Shown: in pieces, positions 60,947-64,000 of the stretch
Numbering within the stretch: the first letter of the stretch is position 1
How the letters are laid out: the number at the start of each line of letters is the position of its first letter
Origin: Basidiobolus meristosporus CBS 931.73
Lineage: Eukaryota > Fungi > Basidiobolomycota
Direction of reading: 5' to 3'
Length of the DNA stretch: 64,000 bases
Assembly: GCA_002104905.1 (NCBI GenBank)
Contig: MCFE01000049.1
Location: 132,272 to 196,271, forward strand
Notes under the pieces: generated by a model
Databases searched by the model: none
What the model was told of the DNA's origin: nothing
The model's input: the letters and a program-made list of their open reading frames with translations, nothing else
Translations under genes and position numbers: made by a program

Positions 60947-62482
60947 TTATAGCGTTTTGTTGGTACCAGGGCAGATACCATCAATATTATAAGCGGGGAA
61001 CTCGTATCCAGCATCCTTCCAAGTTCTAGTAGTGGCATTGTTGTAAGCATTCGGATGTTGCTGAATATACTTGGCGGTTGGGTAATCTGGGGGATCGCAA
61101 GAAACGTTGATCTTATCCGGAAGCTGATACACACGAACGTAGTCAATCCACATGGTGCTTGGGAAGTCCAATATCGAACAAAACAGATTGCCCCAAGAAT
61201 GCGATAATGCCAAGTTCATGACAATCGACATCGGCTCAACACTGATCAGTCTTTGGGCCACCTTCGAGCGAGGATCAGGTCCAATAGCTCCAGCGTCTAG
61301 TCTCCAAACAAGCTTATCATTGATTCTCCAAATGATATAGCCAGTGGGTCCAGGTACATACTCGAAGGAGTACGTCTGAAAAGCTTTCCCTTCATATGCA
61401 TCCAAAGGGACTGTGTTAAGGACTGAGACGCTTTGCTGAAGCGTAGTGCCATTAAAAGAGTTCTTAGAGGCGTCCGGACTGTAAATTGTAACGTACTTCT
61501 CGTTAACTTGTAGATCGTAATCGAAAGGGGCGACTTGGTCAGACATGGACACAGTGCCAAGCTTATTCCGTTTATATGAGCCTGCTGCTTCAAGTACATC
61601 GATCTCCGGAGCACCACGACCTGTTCCTGGGTTGGGATGGTCTTCACCTGGGCAGACACATTTGTTGAGCCTTTGTCCCGGTAGCTTGGATAACTTGAAT
61701 GGCAAGTCCTGATCAGGGCCGACAGCACTGTCACAAGTATCATAGGTGTATGGCCAGGTACCATCGGTGGTGGCTCCATATCCAGCTCTGCCCAAGTTAC
61801 CCATGGTCCAAACACCTGGCCAGAATCCAAAGACGTCGCCCTTTCCAGGAAGCGACACATTGACCTCAAGTATTCCCCCGGTAAAGCAGAACTTGTTCCA
61901 ACTTTGGACCATTCCACTCATGTAATCCCTGCCATTGATTTGCTCCTTGGTGATTTTGATCTTCATACTTCCGTCAGAGGTGGTCACTGCATCAGGGCTA
62001 TACCATTCCAGATCGTCTGTTGGCCAATACCAGAGGTCCACAGCAGTCCACTTGGGATCCTTACCCTCAGCGAATTGGCGACCAGGTGTGTTGAACTCAT
62101 CCGAGAATACTAGAGTGAAGTTCTGTCCACCAATCGATTTGGTTCGGAACTCTTGTGGAGTGTCCTCATCAATCCACTTGGCGTACGTGGGTGTAGGGGA
62201 GGCCGAAGAACTGGTGGTGGTGCGGGTGCTAGAAGTGGAGGAGGACGAAGATAAAGATGAAGAGCTTGAGGTTGCTGTGGTGCAGGAGGAGCTTGATGCA
62301 GTGCTTTCCCTAGTAGAGTGGTGCTTCGGCTCGATCGAGGCATTGTCTTTGTAATCCTTTCCATCGTGATGATGATGCTTGTTATGTTGAACAATTGGTG
62401 TGATGATGATAAGACACAGGAGGCCAACCACCACAATGGTTATGGCTGTGACTTTAACAAATCGATTTTGCAGAAGACCCAT
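60947..62482 (-). CDS. KRE6: Kre6/Skn1-like GH16 beta-glucan synthesis-associated protein, intronless, 511 aa
   Basis: N-terminal TM anchor and Ser/Thr linker, then LVFSDEFNTPGRQF, DPKWTAVDLWYWPTDDLEWYSPD, MVQSWNKFCFTGG, FWPGVWTMGNLGRAGY, GRGAPEIDVLE (GH16 catalytic motif) and MWIDYVRVYQ. Confidence 0.96.
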   Translation of the reverse strand: MGLLQNRFVKVTAITIVVVGLLCLIIITPIVQHNKHHHHDGKDYKDNASIEPKHHSTRESTASSSSCTTATSSSSSLSSSSSTSSTRTTTSSSASPTPTYAKWIDEDTPQEFRTKSIGGQNFTLVFSDEFNTPGRQFAEGKDPKWTAVDLWYWPTDDLEWYSPDAVTTSDGSMKIKITKEQINGRDYMSGMVQSWNKFCFTGGILEVNVSLPGKGDVFGFWPGVWTMGNLGRAGYGATTDGTWPYTYDTCDSAVGPDQDLPFKLSKLPGQRLNKCVCPGEDHPNPGTGRGAPEIDVLEAAGSYKRNKLGTVSMSDQVAPFDYDLQVNEKYVTIYSPDASKNSFNGTTLQQSVSVLNTVPLDAYEGKAFQTYSFEYVPGPTGYIIWRINDKLVWRLDAGAIGPDPRSKVAQRLISVEPMSIVMNLALSHSWGNLFCSILDFPSTMWIDYVRVYQLPDKINVSCDPPDYPTAKYIQQHPNAYNNATTRTWKDAGYEFPAYNIDGICPGTNKTL

Positions 62483-63681
62483 TGTGTAATGAGTGAACGG
62501 AAAGATTTGCCGTAAGCAAACAACAGTGCTCTTAGCTCATTTATATACAAATTGGTTTCTTATTATATATGTTCCATTTCTAAGCTCTCACTCGGTAAGC
62601 GCGATTTTAATTGGAATGGTCGTGACAATTTTCACGGTGCATGATCTTTTCAGCCACCTGCAAGTTGTTTTTCGTAAGCTTTCGGTGCCAGTTTTACATG
62701 GTTTTTATTATACTGAGTGTAATAGGATGCTATAAATAAATCAGCCACAGTCCTTAGCGATAGTGTAGACGGTAAACATGGTGAAGCAGGTCAGTATGGT
62801 AATGCTTATCTCTTGCACACACATTCAACAACTGATACTCCCATTTTTTACTAACCTGGATAGTTGTTCCCACCGTATCAAGCTGGTTTGGTACCTTTTT
62901 GGTCTAGACTGATTTCTGTTTTCAGTGTCTGGCGCGATAAACATTACCAAATCGCCATTTTATGATCTGGTGCATGATGGATAGATTTACCGAAAATGTG
63001 AGTATTCCCTTATTTGAAGATGACCATCATGCCAGCATTGATCTTGGAATCTATGCTGTAAGGAATAGTGGTGGGGGTATGTTGGTGTTATGAATGAGGA
63101 TAGTAAGATTGAGGATATGGACGGGTTTATATGTATCTGAAAGCAGTGCATTAATCGTTCAGGATACGAGTATTGAAGGGTCGTCGTTGGTACAGGTATA
63201 ATAGCAATGGTGGGGTCAATAAGGCTGATCATGGTGTCAATTTTGGCCTACACTGTTGGTAATGGTCGCGGCAGCATGTGGTTAGAAGTACTAGAACAGT
63301 AAGACTGAATACGTGGGTGTGTATGTATATGACTGAAGACAGCTAGCGATTGTTAAAGATGTGAATGATACTGAGCCATTTTTTGCACAAATCCATTTTT
63401 GGTTATTACTGTTATGATTATTTGGTAGAACGCTTAAATCAATCAATAGTTTAAGTTTTGACTTATCTAATTGAGATATTTGCAATCGTTGACTATAGTT
63501 TTAGTTCATTAGTATGCCAGAAGTTATCCAAACTATCGGCCTCATCAAAATGCTCCAAACTTTGTCCATCACTTCTGTAAATCGTGTTCTCCACCTCTCT
63601 ATCCTAACGGAGTTGTATAGTAGAGTTGAGTAATAGACTTGTACCTATGATGCCACAGAGTGCATAATTGATCTGTCACTT

Positions 63682-63704
63682 TGTGGCACTATCCAACGGA
63701 ACAA
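63682..63704 (+). repeat. Remnant of the foldback element terminus
   Basis: TGTGGCACTATCCAACGGAACAA matches 4193-4215 at 22 of 23 positions. Confidence 0.6.
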
Positions 63705-63758
63705 TATATTTTTTTTTGCAAACTCTCAATTTTTGTTTATTGCATACAAATATTTTGT

Positions 63759-64000
63759 TGAGTGGGAGTGTTGTAATTATTAAGTTGTTACCTAAATATT
63801 CATGCTAACTTAGTCACATAGATCTTATTCTGTGGCTAGCATTCTGTCCTGACCAAATTTTCTGTCCGGATTTACTTTGAATAATTTCACCAAATTATCA
63901 GGTACTCAGATTATGACCTTCCTTAAAGTCAACCAAAAGACCCCAGACTGTGCACACATACTGTTGGGACCTGTCTTCACAAACTTTACACGTTTCTTGG
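63759..64000 (+). mobile_element. Diverged copia PPT plus LTR (LTR starts at 63769 and runs off the window)
   Basis: TGAGTGGGAG TGTTGTAA... then ACCTAAATATTCA, CTTAGTCAC.TAGATC, CTGACCAAATT and TGCACACAT.. as in 13082-13290. Confidence 0.85.

Noticed and set aside
55779-62482. Intronless TauD and KRE6 as bacterial horizontal transfers
   Set aside because: Both read as typical fungal family members, and the clearly fungal FAA1 is also intronless; this needs a phylogeny and is not supported by sequence alone.

Overview
Fungal genomic DNA with short GT-AG introns. The SCAI, CYC8/SSN6 and KRE6 homologues together suggest an early-diverging, non-Dikarya fungus; this is inference. The window has three zones. 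(1) 1-27.0 kb is an almost CpG-free nest of transposons that can be resolved to the base: a degenerate Ty3/gypsy internal region, two related ~0.8-1.07 kb LTR families (A and B) with 4-bp target-site duplications (TSDs), a complete but pol-less Gag-protease LTR element primed by tRNA-Lys, a near full-length Ty1/copia plus about seven fragments or solo LTRs of it, a third solo LTR family (C), a CACTA/EnSpm-like (Transposase_21) element with a divergent second ORF, and a 733-bp foldback element. (2) 28-57 kb is CpG-normal and gene-rich: an RNI-like LRR gene, EB1/BIM1, long-chain acyl-CoA ligase, CYC8/SSN6, SCAI, a PX-domain (Ypt35-like) gene, an STF2/TMA10-like gene, an alpha/beta hydrolase and a TauD dioxygenase. 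(3) 57-64 kb is AT-richer, with decayed ORFs, a KRE6/SKN1 GH16 gene and the start of another copia LTR. Best lead: all four readable insertion sites of the A/B LTR family have a 4-bp TSD whose central dinucleotide is a CpG-decay product (CA/TG), and in one case the two TSD copies (CCAG/CTGG) are most simply explained by an ancestral CCGG. This suggests a CpG-centred, possibly methylation-guided, integration preference. All alignments and splice models were made by eye.
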